Part shown: positions 10,931 to 19,640 of the stretch, in pieces
Position numbering within the stretch: the first letter of the stretch is position 1
How the letters are laid out: the number at the start of each line of letters is the position of its first letter
Origin: Sandaracinaceae bacterium
GTDB taxonomy: Bacteria > Myxococcota_A > Polyangia > Polyangiales > Sandaracinaceae
Direction of reading: 5' to 3'
Length of the DNA: 53,007 nt
Assembly (NCBI GenBank): GCA_044220955.1
Contig: JBGAQA010000045.1
Location: 1-53,007, forward strand
Program-made: the position numbers and the translations under genes
Notes under the pieces: model-generated
The model's database searches: none
Told to the model about the DNA's origin: nothing
The model's input: the letters and a program-made list of their open reading frames with translations, nothing else

Positions 10931-11401
10931 ATGGCGGTGCATGTCGATGTCCACGGGGCGCCCCGCGCGCGCCTCGGCGCGGCGCTGGTGAAGCGACGCG
11001 CGACGCGCATGCTCGCTGCGCTGCGGCTGCCCGGCGCCGAGCTGTCGATCGTCCTCTGCGACGACGCCACGATCCAGGCACTGAACCGTGCCTACCGAAA
11101 GAAGGACAGGCCGACCGACGTGCTCGCGTTCGCGATGCGCGAGGGGCCACACGCCGAGCTCGCGGGCGCGATGCTCGGCGACGTCGTGGTCTCGCTCGAC
11201 ACGGCGGCGCGCCAGGCCGCATCGCGAGGTGTCCCCCTCGATCGCGAGGTCACCATGCTCGTGGCGCACGGCCTCTTGCACCTGCTCGGCCACGATCACG
11301 CCACGAAGATCGAGGAAAGACGCATGAGCGCGCGTACGGACGCGCTGATCGCAGCAGCGATCCCCCGGAAGATCGCGACGGATCGTCCGAAATTGCGCTG
11401 A
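10931..11401 (+). CDS. ybeY: rRNA maturation endoribonuclease YbeY
   Basis: LNRAYRKKDRPTDVLAF and HGLLHLLGHDH; GGAGG before ATG at 10931. Confidence 0.95.
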   Translation: MAVHVDVHGAPRARLGAALVKRRATRMLAALRLPGAELSIVLCDDATIQALNRAYRKKDRPTDVLAFAMREGPHAELAGAMLGDVVVSLDTAARQAASRGVPLDREVTMLVAHGLLHLLGHDHATKIEERRMSARTDALIAAAIPRKIATDRPKLR

Positions 11402-11697
11402 AAACCGCCTTTACGCACCGGATCCGTCTTTTTTTCGGTGCGAAACGCAAATTGCGCTTTACAGCCCAAAAACCGCGTGGCAACGATGCACCCGACGCAC
11501 GAAGCCCCGGAAAAATGGGGTCTTCGGGAAGGGGGCGAGGCAGCCGGGGGCGTATTCCGGGGGCTTCGTCTCCACTCGCTAGCGAATCCACGCCTCCGGG
11601 GGTCTCGATCGGGGATGTGGGCTCGTGATGGGCGTTCGTTTGTCTGGTGAACGCCAGACGCGTGTAGGCACGAGACGGTTAGGAAACTGGAGGACAC

Positions 11698-12012
11698 ATG
11701 AGCGAAGGCAAGCGACTGACGAAGGCCCAGATCATCAGCGAGATCGCGGAGAAGACCGGTCTCAGCAAGAAGCAGGTCGGCGAGGTGTTCGAGAGCCTCT
11801 CCGGGCTCATCAAGCGCGAGCTCGGCAAGCGCGGCCCGAAGGAGTTCGTGATCCCGGACCTGCTCAAGCTGAAGGTCAAGGAGATCGCGGCCCGCAAGGC
11901 CGAGATGCGCAAGAACCCGTTCACGGGCGAGATGAAGCAGTACCCGGCGAAGCCCGCCTCGCGGAAGGTCCGCGCGACGGCGCTCAAGAAGCTCAAGGAT
12001 CTCATCAACTGA
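11698..12012 (+). CDS. HU family DNA-binding protein
   Basis: LTKAQIISEIAEKTGLSKKQV and RKNPFTGE arm; GGAGG RBS. Confidence 0.92.
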   Translation: MSEGKRLTKAQIISEIAEKTGLSKKQVGEVFESLSGLIKRELGKRGPKEFVIPDLLKLKVKEIAARKAEMRKNPFTGEMKQYPAKPASRKVRATALKKLKDLIN

Positions 12013-12026
12013 TCTGCTTCTGAGAC

Positions 12027-12068
12027 GACGGGAGAGGCGTCCGGCGCGAGCTGGGCGCCTTTTTCGTC
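12027..12068 (+). terminator. intrinsic terminator, probably bidirectional
   Basis: AGGCGTCCGGC-gcga-GCTGGGCGCCT followed by TTTT; lies between convergent genes. Confidence 0.8.
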
Positions 12069-12069
12069 T

Positions 12070-13346
12070 TCAGAGCCCCGCGCGCGACGCGAGCTTCTTC
12101 GCCTCGGAGCGGGCTTCGGCGATCACGCGGTCCCGATCGAGCAAGCGGTGCTCGCGCTCCTGAACCACGACCTCGCCGTCGACCAGCACGTGCCGCACGT
12201 CCGCCGCCGTCGCGGAGTACACCGCACGACCGCGAGGTCTGCGCGCTTGCCCACCTCGACGGATCCCACCCGATCGGCGATCCCGAGGACGCGCGCGCCG
12301 TCGATCGTGAGGAGCGCGAGCGTGTCCATCGCGCCGAGCGCCGCCGCATCGCCCCGGACCGCCTTGGCGAGCAGCGCCGCGGAGCGGAGCTCGGTCAGCG
12401 GATCCATCCGGTTGTTGCAGGGCGCGCCGTCCGCCCCGAGGCCCACGACCATGCCAGCCGCGCGCATCGCGACCACGTCCGCGATGCCGCTCGCGAGCTT
12501 GAGGTTGGCGCTCGGGCAGTGCACGAACCGCGTCCCGCGACGCCCGCAGGCCTTCTTCTGCGCGAGGGTGAGCTGCACGCCGTGCGCGAGCACCGCGCGC
12601 GGGCCCGCGATGCCGAGCGAGGCGAGCACGTCCACGTCGTCCGCCCCGAGCCGAGCGCGTACCTCGTCGCGCTCGCCGCGGTGCTCGGCCGCGTGCGAGT
12701 GCACGATCGCCTCGAGCGAGGCGGCCAGGCTCGCCGTGTCGCGCAGCAGCCCCTCGCTGCAGCTCAGGATGAAGCGCGGCGCGAAGGCGTACCCGAGCCG
12801 GCCGCGGCCGTTCCAGCGCCCGTGCAGCGCCTCGCTCTCGGCCAGGCTCTGCTTGCGCGTCTCACGCAGACCTCTCGGGATGCCGCGGCCGCGATCCATC
12901 ATCGCCTTCCCGGAGAAGCCGCGGACGCCGCTCTCGCGCATCGCCTCGAAGACGTGGTCCTGCTCGCGCACCGTCCCCATGTCGAGGATCGTCGTCGTGC
13001 CGGCGCGCATCATCTCGTAGAGGCCGAGGCGCGCGCTGGCGCGGATCGAGCGCGCGTCGTGGGCCGCCTCGAGCGGCCAGATGCGCTCACGAAGCCACGT
13101 CATCAGCGGAAGGTCGTCGGCCATCCCACGGAAGATCGCCTGGCAGAGGTGGACGTGCGCCTGCACGAAGCCCGGCACCACCACGCAGCCGCGCGCGTCG
13201 AGCGAGCGCGCGCGTAGATCGGGGGGCGCCTTGCCCACCGACGCGATCCGGCCCTCGCGGACCACGACGTCGGCGGCGACGACGCGGCGGGCCGGATCCA
13301 TCGTGATCACGGTGCCACCGCGCAGGACCAGCGGGAGGTCGTTCAC
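12070..13346 (-). pseudogene. 5'-deoxyadenosine/MTA-SAH deaminase-type amidohydrolase, frameshifted near the 3' end
   Basis: HxH (QAHVH), HAAE, HCPSANLKL and GADG motifs; the family C-terminus (VYSATAADVRHVLVDGEVVV...RAGL*) continues in another frame from ~12222 to TGA at 12070. Confidence 0.75.
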
Positions 13347-13981
13347 GGCTCACCCCCGTCCTGGTCCGGGTCCTCGCCGCCCTCGACGTGCGTCGCGAGG
13401 CTGCGCGCCAGCTCGGAGCCCGTGCCGGCCGCGACCTTCAGCGCGACGCCGGCGAACGCGCGCCCTGCTGGCTGCGTGCGCGCCACGTCGATGGCCGGGG
13501 GTGGGCGGTCGGTCTCGAGCCGCTCGGCCGGCGTACCCATGATCATCGTGGAGCGCAGCGGGTCCCCGTCCGGCTCGACGCCGAGCGAGGCCGGACCGAA
13601 CGCGAGCGGCAAGAGGGCCTCGGTGGTCGTGTCGATCACCGCGCCGCTCTCGGAGACGCAGCGGACGGCGAACGCTGGGGCGAACTCCGAGAGCACCTGC
13701 CGGCACATGCCGCACGGCGAGCCCGGCTCGGTCCCGCCCGTGGCGATCGCGATCGCGCTGAAGCGACGCGCGCCGCCCGCGATCGCGGCCCCGACCGCTG
13801 CCCGCTCGGCGCAGAGGCATAGGCCGTAGCTCGCGTTCTCGACGTTGCAGCCCACGTAGATCTCGCCGGCCTCGGACACGAGCGCCGCGCCGACGCGGTA
13901 GTGCGAGTACGGTGCATACGCGCGCTCGCGCACGCGGAACGCTGCCGCGACGATCGAATCCCAGTCGACGCGCTCGCTCAC
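13343..13981 (-). CDS. cdd: cytidine deaminase with C-terminal extension
   Basis: AYAPYS, GCNVENASY, CAER, PCGMCRQ; GTG overlaps the punA stop (GTGA). Confidence 0.93.
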   Translation of the reverse strand: MSERVDWDSIVAAAFRVRERAYAPYSHYRVGAALVSEAGEIYVGCNVENASYGLCLCAERAAVGAAIAGGARRFSAIAIATGGTEPGSPCGMCRQVLSEFAPAFAVRCVSESGAVIDTTTEALLPLAFGPASLGVEPDGDPLRSTMIMGTPAERLETDRPPPAIDVARTQPAGRAFAGVALKVAAGTGSELARSLATHVEGGEDPDQDGGEP

Positions 13982-14832
13982 GCGGACGGCTCCCCGCGCG
14001 CGAGCCGAGCGAGCACGCCGCGCAGGAGCGCCACGAAACGACCCCGCGCCGCGCGCGCCGTCTCCTCGACCTCCGCGTGATCGAGCGCGGTGGCGGAGAG
14101 CCCGGCCGCCTTGTTGGTGATGCACGAGATGCCGAGCACGCGCGCGCCCATGTGCCGCGCGGCGATCGTCTCGAGCACGGTGCTCATCCCGACCGCGTCC
14201 GCCCCGAGGCGCTGGGCCATGCGCACCTCGGCGGGCGTCTCGTAGGCCGGCCCGAGGTTGCCCGCGTAGACGCCGCGCACGAGCTGGAAGCCCGCCGCGC
14301 TCGCCGCCTCGAGCGCCAGCGCGCGCAGCGCCGGATCGTACGCGGCGCTCATGTCCGGGAAGCGCGCACCGAGCGCCTCCTCGTTGGGCCCCGTCAGCGA
14401 GCTCTGCCCGGTGAGGTTCAGGTGGTCCTCGATGAGCATGAGATCGCCCGGGCTGAAGGTGGGGTTCGCGCCGCCGGCCGCGTTCGTGACGATGACGACC
14501 CGTGCTCCCAAGCGGATCATCAGCCGCGCCCCGAACACGACGTCCGAGGGAGGGTGCCCCTCGTAGAGGTGGACGCGCCCCTGCATCGCGACCACCTCGG
14601 CGCCCTCGGCGCGCCCGAACACGAGGTTGCCCGCGTGACCGACCACCGCGCTCACCGGCATGGTCGGGATCTCGGTGTAGGCGATCTTCGTGGCGCCCTC
14701 GAGCGTGTCGGCGAAGCCGCCGAGACCGGACCCGAGCACCAGCGCGACCCGCGGCTGGGCGCCCGTGCGCCGGCGAATCGAGGCGAGCGCCGCGTCGAGG
14801 CGGGCGCTCTGGGAGCCTGCGGAGGAGCTCAT
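13978..14832 (-). CDS. punA: purine-nucleoside phosphorylase (trimeric type)
   Basis: VLGSGLG, GRVHLYEG, TNAAGG, GPAYETPAE, VGMST, ITN motifs. Confidence 0.93.
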   Translation of the reverse strand: MSSSAGSQSARLDAALASIRRRTGAQPRVALVLGSGLGGFADTLEGATKIAYTEIPTMPVSAVVGHAGNLVFGRAEGAEVVAMQGRVHLYEGHPPSDVVFGARLMIRLGARVVIVTNAAGGANPTFSPGDLMLIEDHLNLTGQSSLTGPNEEALGARFPDMSAAYDPALRALALEAASAAGFQLVRGVYAGNLGPAYETPAEVRMAQRLGADAVGMSTVLETIAARHMGARVLGISCITNKAAGLSATALDHAEVEETARAARGRFVALLRGVLARLARGEPSA

Positions 14833-14878
14833 CGGGGCATCGAATCGCGCCGCGCGCCCGAGGTCAAGCTCCCGCGCC

Positions 14879-16015
14879 TCAATCGCCGTCCATGTCGCTG
14901 AACGCGAGGCTGAGGCCGAGGCGCGCGGCGACCTCGGTCGCGAGGGTGGTCTCGGCGGCGTCGATGCGCGCGTAGGCCGTCTCTCCGACGGCGTGATCGG
15001 CGCCTGCGCAGTAGTCGACGAACGTCCCGTCCAGGGGCTCCGCGTCACTGACCTGGTCCAGCGCGCTCAGGCCAGCCGCGGCCGCGTCGAGCTCGCCCGT
15101 CGCGGTCGCGGCGAGCTCGGGGTCCCTGGCGCGAACCCAGCGCTCGAACGCGTGCTCGCTCGGCGGGGACCAGAGAGCGGCGACGCCGCGGAGCCGCGCC
15201 TGCATCGCCCCCACGGACGCGGGCGCGAAGGGCGAGTGCACGGCGCGCGGCGAGGGGAACGAGAAGAGATGTCCGATCGGGATGCCGATCTCGACGTTCT
15301 TGGTCTCCTTGAGCGCGTCGAGCATCGCCGTGAAGAGCGCCGCGACCGCGGAGCTGCGCACGGGCCAGTCCAGGTTCCCGGGCTGCCCCGCGGTCGCGAG
15401 CGTCGTCGCGTAGCCGCCCTCGCCCGGCCTCCATGCGCTCGCGAGCGCCGCGCTGGTTCGCTCGACGTGATCGCAGTAGGCGACGAGCAGCGCGCACCGA
15501 CGAGGATCGGAGAGCGCGACGACGGCCGCGGGCTCGCTGGGCGGCGTCCACGCAGGATCGGGCGTGCCGCCCCAGAGCAGGTACGCGATCGCCAGCAACC
15601 CCTTGCTGCCTGCGCCGAGCGCGTCGACCGCGTGCGCGTCGATCGGCCCCGTGCCCAGCACGACGCGCTCGACTCCGTCGGGCGAGACCGGCCAGAAGCC
15701 CATCTCGTCCGCGAGGTTCATGTCCCGCGCGGGTCCGAGCCGGTACGCCGCCGTCTCCTCGAACGCGACGAACGTGGCGCGCCACGCCTCCCTCGCCGTC
15801 GCGAGACCGGCGAGTCCGGGCGCCCCGCAGAAGCCGTCCGCCGCGTCCGCGAGCGCCACCGCCCGGACTGCGAGCCGCTCGTGGCCGGGCACGATCACGA
15901 GGTCGACGACCTCGCGCAGGAGCGCCGACTGGTCCCAGCCCGGCGCGTCGCAGGACACCGATAGGCCCACGAGCGCGACGAGCGCGATCGTGACGGCCCT
16001 CGGCGTGCGGGTCAT
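14879..16015 (-). CDS. imelysin-family lipoprotein
   Basis: Lipobox, 'AREAWRA', FWP, KGLLAIAYLL, C-terminal FSDMDGD. Confidence 0.85.
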   Translation of the reverse strand: MTRTPRAVTIALVALVGLSVSCDAPGWDQSALLREVVDLVIVPGHERLAVRAVALADAADGFCGAPGLAGLATAREAWRATFVAFEETAAYRLGPARDMNLADEMGFWPVSPDGVERVVLGTGPIDAHAVDALGAGSKGLLAIAYLLWGGTPDPAWTPPSEPAAVVALSDPRRCALLVAYCDHVERTSAALASAWRPGEGGYATTLATAGQPGNLDWPVRSSAVAALFTAMLDALKETKNVEIGIPIGHLFSFPSPRAVHSPFAPASVGAMQARLRGVAALWSPPSEHAFERWVRARDPELAATATGELDAAAAGLSALDQVSDAEPLDGTFVDYCAGADHAVGETAYARIDAAETTLATEVAARLGLSLAFSDMDGD

Positions 16016-17418
16016 AGCGAACGCAAGAATCGCACGAGCGCCGTGCGCGCGTCCGCGCTCATCGACCGGAACGCCTCGCGCGACGCCTCGGCCTCGCCGC
16101 CGTGCCAGAGGATCGCCTCCTCGAAGCCGCGCGCCCGACCGTCGTGGAGGAGGTACTCGTGGCGGTTCACGGTCATGAGCAGGCCGATGCCCCACAGAGG
16201 CGGCGTCCGCCACTCGGTGCCCGTCGCCTCGTAGTCCGGTCGGTGATCGGCGAGCTCCTCGCCCATGTCGTGCAGGAGCAGATCGGTGTAGGGCCGGATG
16301 CGCTGGTGCGAGAGCGCGGCGACGTCGCTCTCGCCCGTGGTGAACGAAGGCACGTGGCAGTCCGCGCAGCCCGCGTCGCGGAAGAGCGCACGCCCGCGGA
16401 GCACGGTCGGATCGTCGACGTCGCGCCGCGCCGGGACGGCGAGCGTTCGACCGTAGAAGACGAGGAGATCGAGGATCGCGTCCGAGAGCTCGGGCGAGCC
16501 GCCGTCCGGTGCTGCCGCGCACGCGGTCTGGGCGCTCGTGCACTCGTTGGCCGGGTTCACGGAGCTCGTCATCCCGATGTCGCCGAGCATCGCGCCAGCC
16601 GTCTGCTGCCGCAGGCTCGGCTGGTTCGCCTTCCAGCCGAAGCGCCCGAGCGCGCTCGTTCCCGCCTGCGCGTCCCAGACGTGGTTGGGCCGGCCCGAGA
16701 TGCCGTCGTGATCGAGATCGTCCGGGTCGGCGTTCGCGAGCAGATCTGCCTCGTCGATCTCCTCGAGCAGCCCGAGACCGTACTGCGGCGCCGCGACGCG
16801 CATCGAGAACATCGTGTCCGGCTGCATCGGCCCGTAGGCGAGATCGGAGAAGGTGAGCGTCGCCGAGCGGAGCGAGAACGCGGCGCCATCGGCGTACGTG
16901 CCGGGCGTCTCGCGCCAGACGAGGTGCGAGGCCGCCTCGGGCATCACGCCCGGGATCGCGCGCGGCTGCAGCTGCCCGCCGTACACGGGCTCGCCGAGCG
17001 GCCCGCCGTGCGCGTCGGCCCCGGGGACGCTGAGGCGCACGAGCGTCGAGAGCATCTCCATCCCGTCGGGCGGCGGCTGACCGCGGCCGTCGCGCGAGTG
17101 GCAGGCCGAGCAGCTCGTCGCGTTGAAGAGCGGCCCGAGGCCGTCGCGCTCGGCGGTCGAGGCCGGCGCGACGACCCAGTCCTCGGCGTCGAAGGAGTTG
17201 CCGACCTCGAAGTCGCCGTTCTGCTCGAACGTGAGCCCCGGCATCGGCTGCGTGTACGCGTCCTGTGACGCGATCGTCGTCGTGCCGAGCTCGCCGCCCG
17301 CGCGCGCCTCCGCGGGATCATAGGCGGGCGGCGCCGCGGCGCACCCGGACAGCGTCAGGATGCACGCGACGATCACGAAGGAGCGCACGAAGGAGGCACG
17401 CACGGGATCCCCGCTCAC
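16012..17418 (-). CDS. di-haem oxidoreductase family (DHOR/thiol oxidoreductase) lipoprotein
   Basis: DGLGPLFN, CSACH, GRFGWKA, CADCH, YTDLLLHDMG, WRTPPLWG, LHDGRAR. Confidence 0.92.
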   Translation of the reverse strand: MSGDPVRASFVRSFVIVACILTLSGCAAAPPAYDPAEARAGGELGTTTIASQDAYTQPMPGLTFEQNGDFEVGNSFDAEDWVVAPASTAERDGLGPLFNATSCSACHSRDGRGQPPPDGMEMLSTLVRLSVPGADAHGGPLGEPVYGGQLQPRAIPGVMPEAASHLVWRETPGTYADGAAFSLRSATLTFSDLAYGPMQPDTMFSMRVAAPQYGLGLLEEIDEADLLANADPDDLDHDGISGRPNHVWDAQAGTSALGRFGWKANQPSLRQQTAGAMLGDIGMTSSVNPANECTSAQTACAAAPDGGSPELSDAILDLLVFYGRTLAVPARRDVDDPTVLRGRALFRDAGCADCHVPSFTTGESDVAALSHQRIRPYTDLLLHDMGEELADHRPDYEATGTEWRTPPLWGIGLLMTVNRHEYLLHDGRARGFEEAILWHGGEAEASREAFRSMSADARTALVRFLRSL

Positions 17419-18632
17419 ATCGACTGGAAGTCGGCCGACTGTAGATCGAGGCCGAGAACGGTGGCGACCTCGGCGAGCGAGGTCGCGACGCGGTGCAGGT
17501 CGTTGATCACGGCCTGCACCGCCAGGCGACCCGGATCCGAGTCGACCCCCGTGATCAGCCGATCGAACGGGCAGCGGCCCTGCAGCGCCGTCGAGGGGCA
17601 TGCGGCGACGCTCGGCCACGCCTCGATGTCCGCGAGCGCCTGCTGCAGCTGGCCGCGCAGCCGGGCGTCGAGCGCCGGATCGCGGGCCGCGACGAGCGCC
17701 GAGAGGCTGCGCGCCGGATCCCCGACCCGCGTCCCGTCCGTCCGCGTGTACGTGCCGAGATACGCGTTCACGAGGCCCTGCACGTCGTCGACGTAGTCGG
17801 CGACGGTGTTGTCGCTGAAGCAGGAGTGCTCGTCCTCCTGATCCTTGGTCGTGTAGGGCGTGTGGATGCGCTGCCCGGAGAGCTCGCCCTCGGTGAGCTT
17901 CCCCATCCCGAGCAGGATGCGCGCGAGCGCATCGCGCGGAGGCAGCCGGACGAAGTCGGCCCGGTAGTTCCCCGCGACCCCGGGCGCCCACTCGCCGCGG
18001 ACTTGCGTGAGGTCGTCGACGAGCAGCTGCGTCGCCACGTCGAGGTACGCCCGCCGTCGGTCCGCGTTCGGCCCCATGCCGACGACGTAGTCCGTGAAAG
18101 GCCGCGCGCCGGGGCCGTCGGGATCGAAGTCCTGCCCCCAGAGAAGGAACTCGATCGCGTGGTAGCCGCTCGTGATGTTCTTCTCACCCGGCTGTGCGTT
18201 GCGATCGACGAGGAGCTGATCGGTGATCGAGATCGTGTCGTCCGCGATGATCGACGTCGTCGTCGTCGTGCCGCTCACGTAGTCGATGGTGCTCTCGTCG
18301 AGAGGCCACGAGTTCAACAGGGCCTCGACGTTCCCCATCGCCTCGTCGTCGATCGGTCCGCCGTAGAAGCGCGCGTACTCGGTCTGTTGGTAGGGCACGC
18401 GCGCGTCGCGCCACACACCCCGGGCGTGGTCGAGCGCCGGCTGGGTCGCCGTGCCGCCGAAGAGGGGCGTCGCGGCAGCGCGGAGGTCCTGCGCGCCGGC
18501 GACGGCGTCGTCGTACTCGGCGAAGAGCACGGCGGCGTAGTTCTCCAAGACCGGGGGCGCGTCCGTGAGCGGGTCACCCGAGGCATCACAGGACGCCAGG
18601 GCGAGCGCGACGGCCAGGACGATGCGGTTCAT
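17415..18632 (-). CDS. iron-regulated imelysin-family lipoprotein (IrpA-like)
   Basis: LASC lipobox, NSWPLDE, GYHAIEFLLWGQD (GxHxxE), EDEHSCFSDNT. Confidence 0.92.
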   Translation of the reverse strand: MNRIVLAVALALASCDASGDPLTDAPPVLENYAAVLFAEYDDAVAGAQDLRAAATPLFGGTATQPALDHARGVWRDARVPYQQTEYARFYGGPIDDEAMGNVEALLNSWPLDESTIDYVSGTTTTTSIIADDTISITDQLLVDRNAQPGEKNITSGYHAIEFLLWGQDFDPDGPGARPFTDYVVGMGPNADRRRAYLDVATQLLVDDLTQVRGEWAPGVAGNYRADFVRLPPRDALARILLGMGKLTEGELSGQRIHTPYTTKDQEDEHSCFSDNTVADYVDDVQGLVNAYLGTYTRTDGTRVGDPARSLSALVAARDPALDARLRGQLQQALADIEAWPSVAACPSTALQGRCPFDRLITGVDSDPGRLAVQAVINDLHRVATSLAEVATVLGLDLQSADFQSM

Positions 18633-18645
18633 TCGGTGCCCCCAC

Positions 18646-18690
18646 ATGCGGTTGATTCTCAATCTATACGGCTTTGATTCCCGTTCGCAA
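18646..18690 (-). promoter_or_regulatory. promoter of the iron operon with two Fur-box-like sites
   Basis: Minus strand TTGCGAACGGGAATCAA and TTGAGAATCAACCGCAT, overlapping a TTGCGA...TAGATT promoter-like pair. Confidence 0.6.
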
Positions 18691-18705
18691 CTGGATCGCG
18701 AGGAA

Positions 18706-18751
18706 CGCCCCCGGGAGGAATCGAACCTCCGACCGTCCGCTTAGAAGGCGG
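18706..18751 (-). repeat. att site: 46-bp duplicate of the tRNA-Arg 3' half
   Basis: CGCCCCCGGGAGGAATCGAACCTCCGACCGTCCGCTTAGAAGGCGG, identical to 23539-23584. Confidence 0.95.
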
Positions 18752-18800
18752 TATCGGCGGCGAGCAATCTCGCGAGGTTACCTCCGTCGTTGGCCATGCC

Positions 18801-19040
18801 GTGACCAACGCGCCCGCGTTGCTCGCGCTCGCCCGTAGCGTCGTGCTCGGACCGACGAGCGAGAACACGCGCGCGCTCGCGGACGCGGTGCTCGATGACG
18901 AGCTCGTCCGGCTCGCACACCAGGTACGCGCGGGCGGCCCGTTCGCGGTGCGTCGGGCGATCGAGCTGGCGGCCCTCATCGTTGCGTCCGAGCGGGAGCG
19001 CATCCACCGCGCAGAGAGCAGCACGGGCCTCGAAGGATGA
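18801..19040 (+). CDS. small hypothetical island protein
   Basis: 79-aa helical ORF; ATGA overlap with the next ORF. Confidence 0.5.
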   Translation: MTNAPALLALARSVVLGPTSENTRALADAVLDDELVRLAHQVRAGGPFAVRRAIELAALIVASERERIHRAESSTGLEG

Positions 19041-19519
19041 ACACGTCCCCTCGCGACCCGCTGGAAGCGCTCGCCTCTGCGGCGGTGGCCGAGCACGAAG
19101 CGAAGCGCGCGCTCGACGACGCTCGCCGCGCAACGACGGCCCTCTGCGAGTCGCTCGTGCGCGCGGGCATACCTCGCCGACGCATCGCGCGTGTGCTCGT
19201 TGGAGCGGTCGGCGATCGAGCTACGACGACGCGCGTGCGACGCGCTCAGGACGGCCTTCGGAAGCGCCTGTCGCGCGCAAGGCAGCGCAGCGAAGTGCCG
19301 GACTGCAGTCCGCAGAATCGAGTGGCGTCGCCTCGACAGGATCGTGCAGCGTCCACACCGTGCGACTCGGAGGTACTCATGCCCAACGAGAAGAACGAGA
19401 AGTTCGTGCGCCGCATCGTGACCGAGGAATGGATCGAACCCGCCGATCCGAACGGAGGCCTCAGCGGCACCGACGAAGGCTACGACGAGGACGACGACGA
19501 CCAGGACGACGACGACTGA
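19037..19519 (+). CDS. hypothetical island protein, basic helical N-terminus and acidic tail; possible internal start at 19379
   Basis: Coupled to the previous ORF; GGAGG precedes an in-frame ATG at 19379. Confidence 0.5.
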   Translation: MNTSPRDPLEALASAAVAEHEAKRALDDARRATTALCESLVRAGIPRRRIARVLVGAVGDRATTTRVRRAQDGLRKRLSRARQRSEVPDCSPQNRVASPRQDRAASTPCDSEVLMPNEKNEKFVRRIVTEEWIEPADPNGGLSGTDEGYDEDDDDQDDDD

Positions 19520-19640
19520 CGCTCGGTTTCCGCCGGGCACGCGCGATCGACTCGACCTGGGTCGCGAGTGCTCCGTCACCTTGAGCAACAACGCCGCAGA
19601 CAACCTCGCGGAGCGCCGCGACCGGACTGCCGGCTCGTGG

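Noticed and set aside
18706..18751. Second tRNA-Arg gene
   Set aside because: Only the 3' 46 nt are present, with no D-arm or 5' acceptor strand; it is an att repeat.
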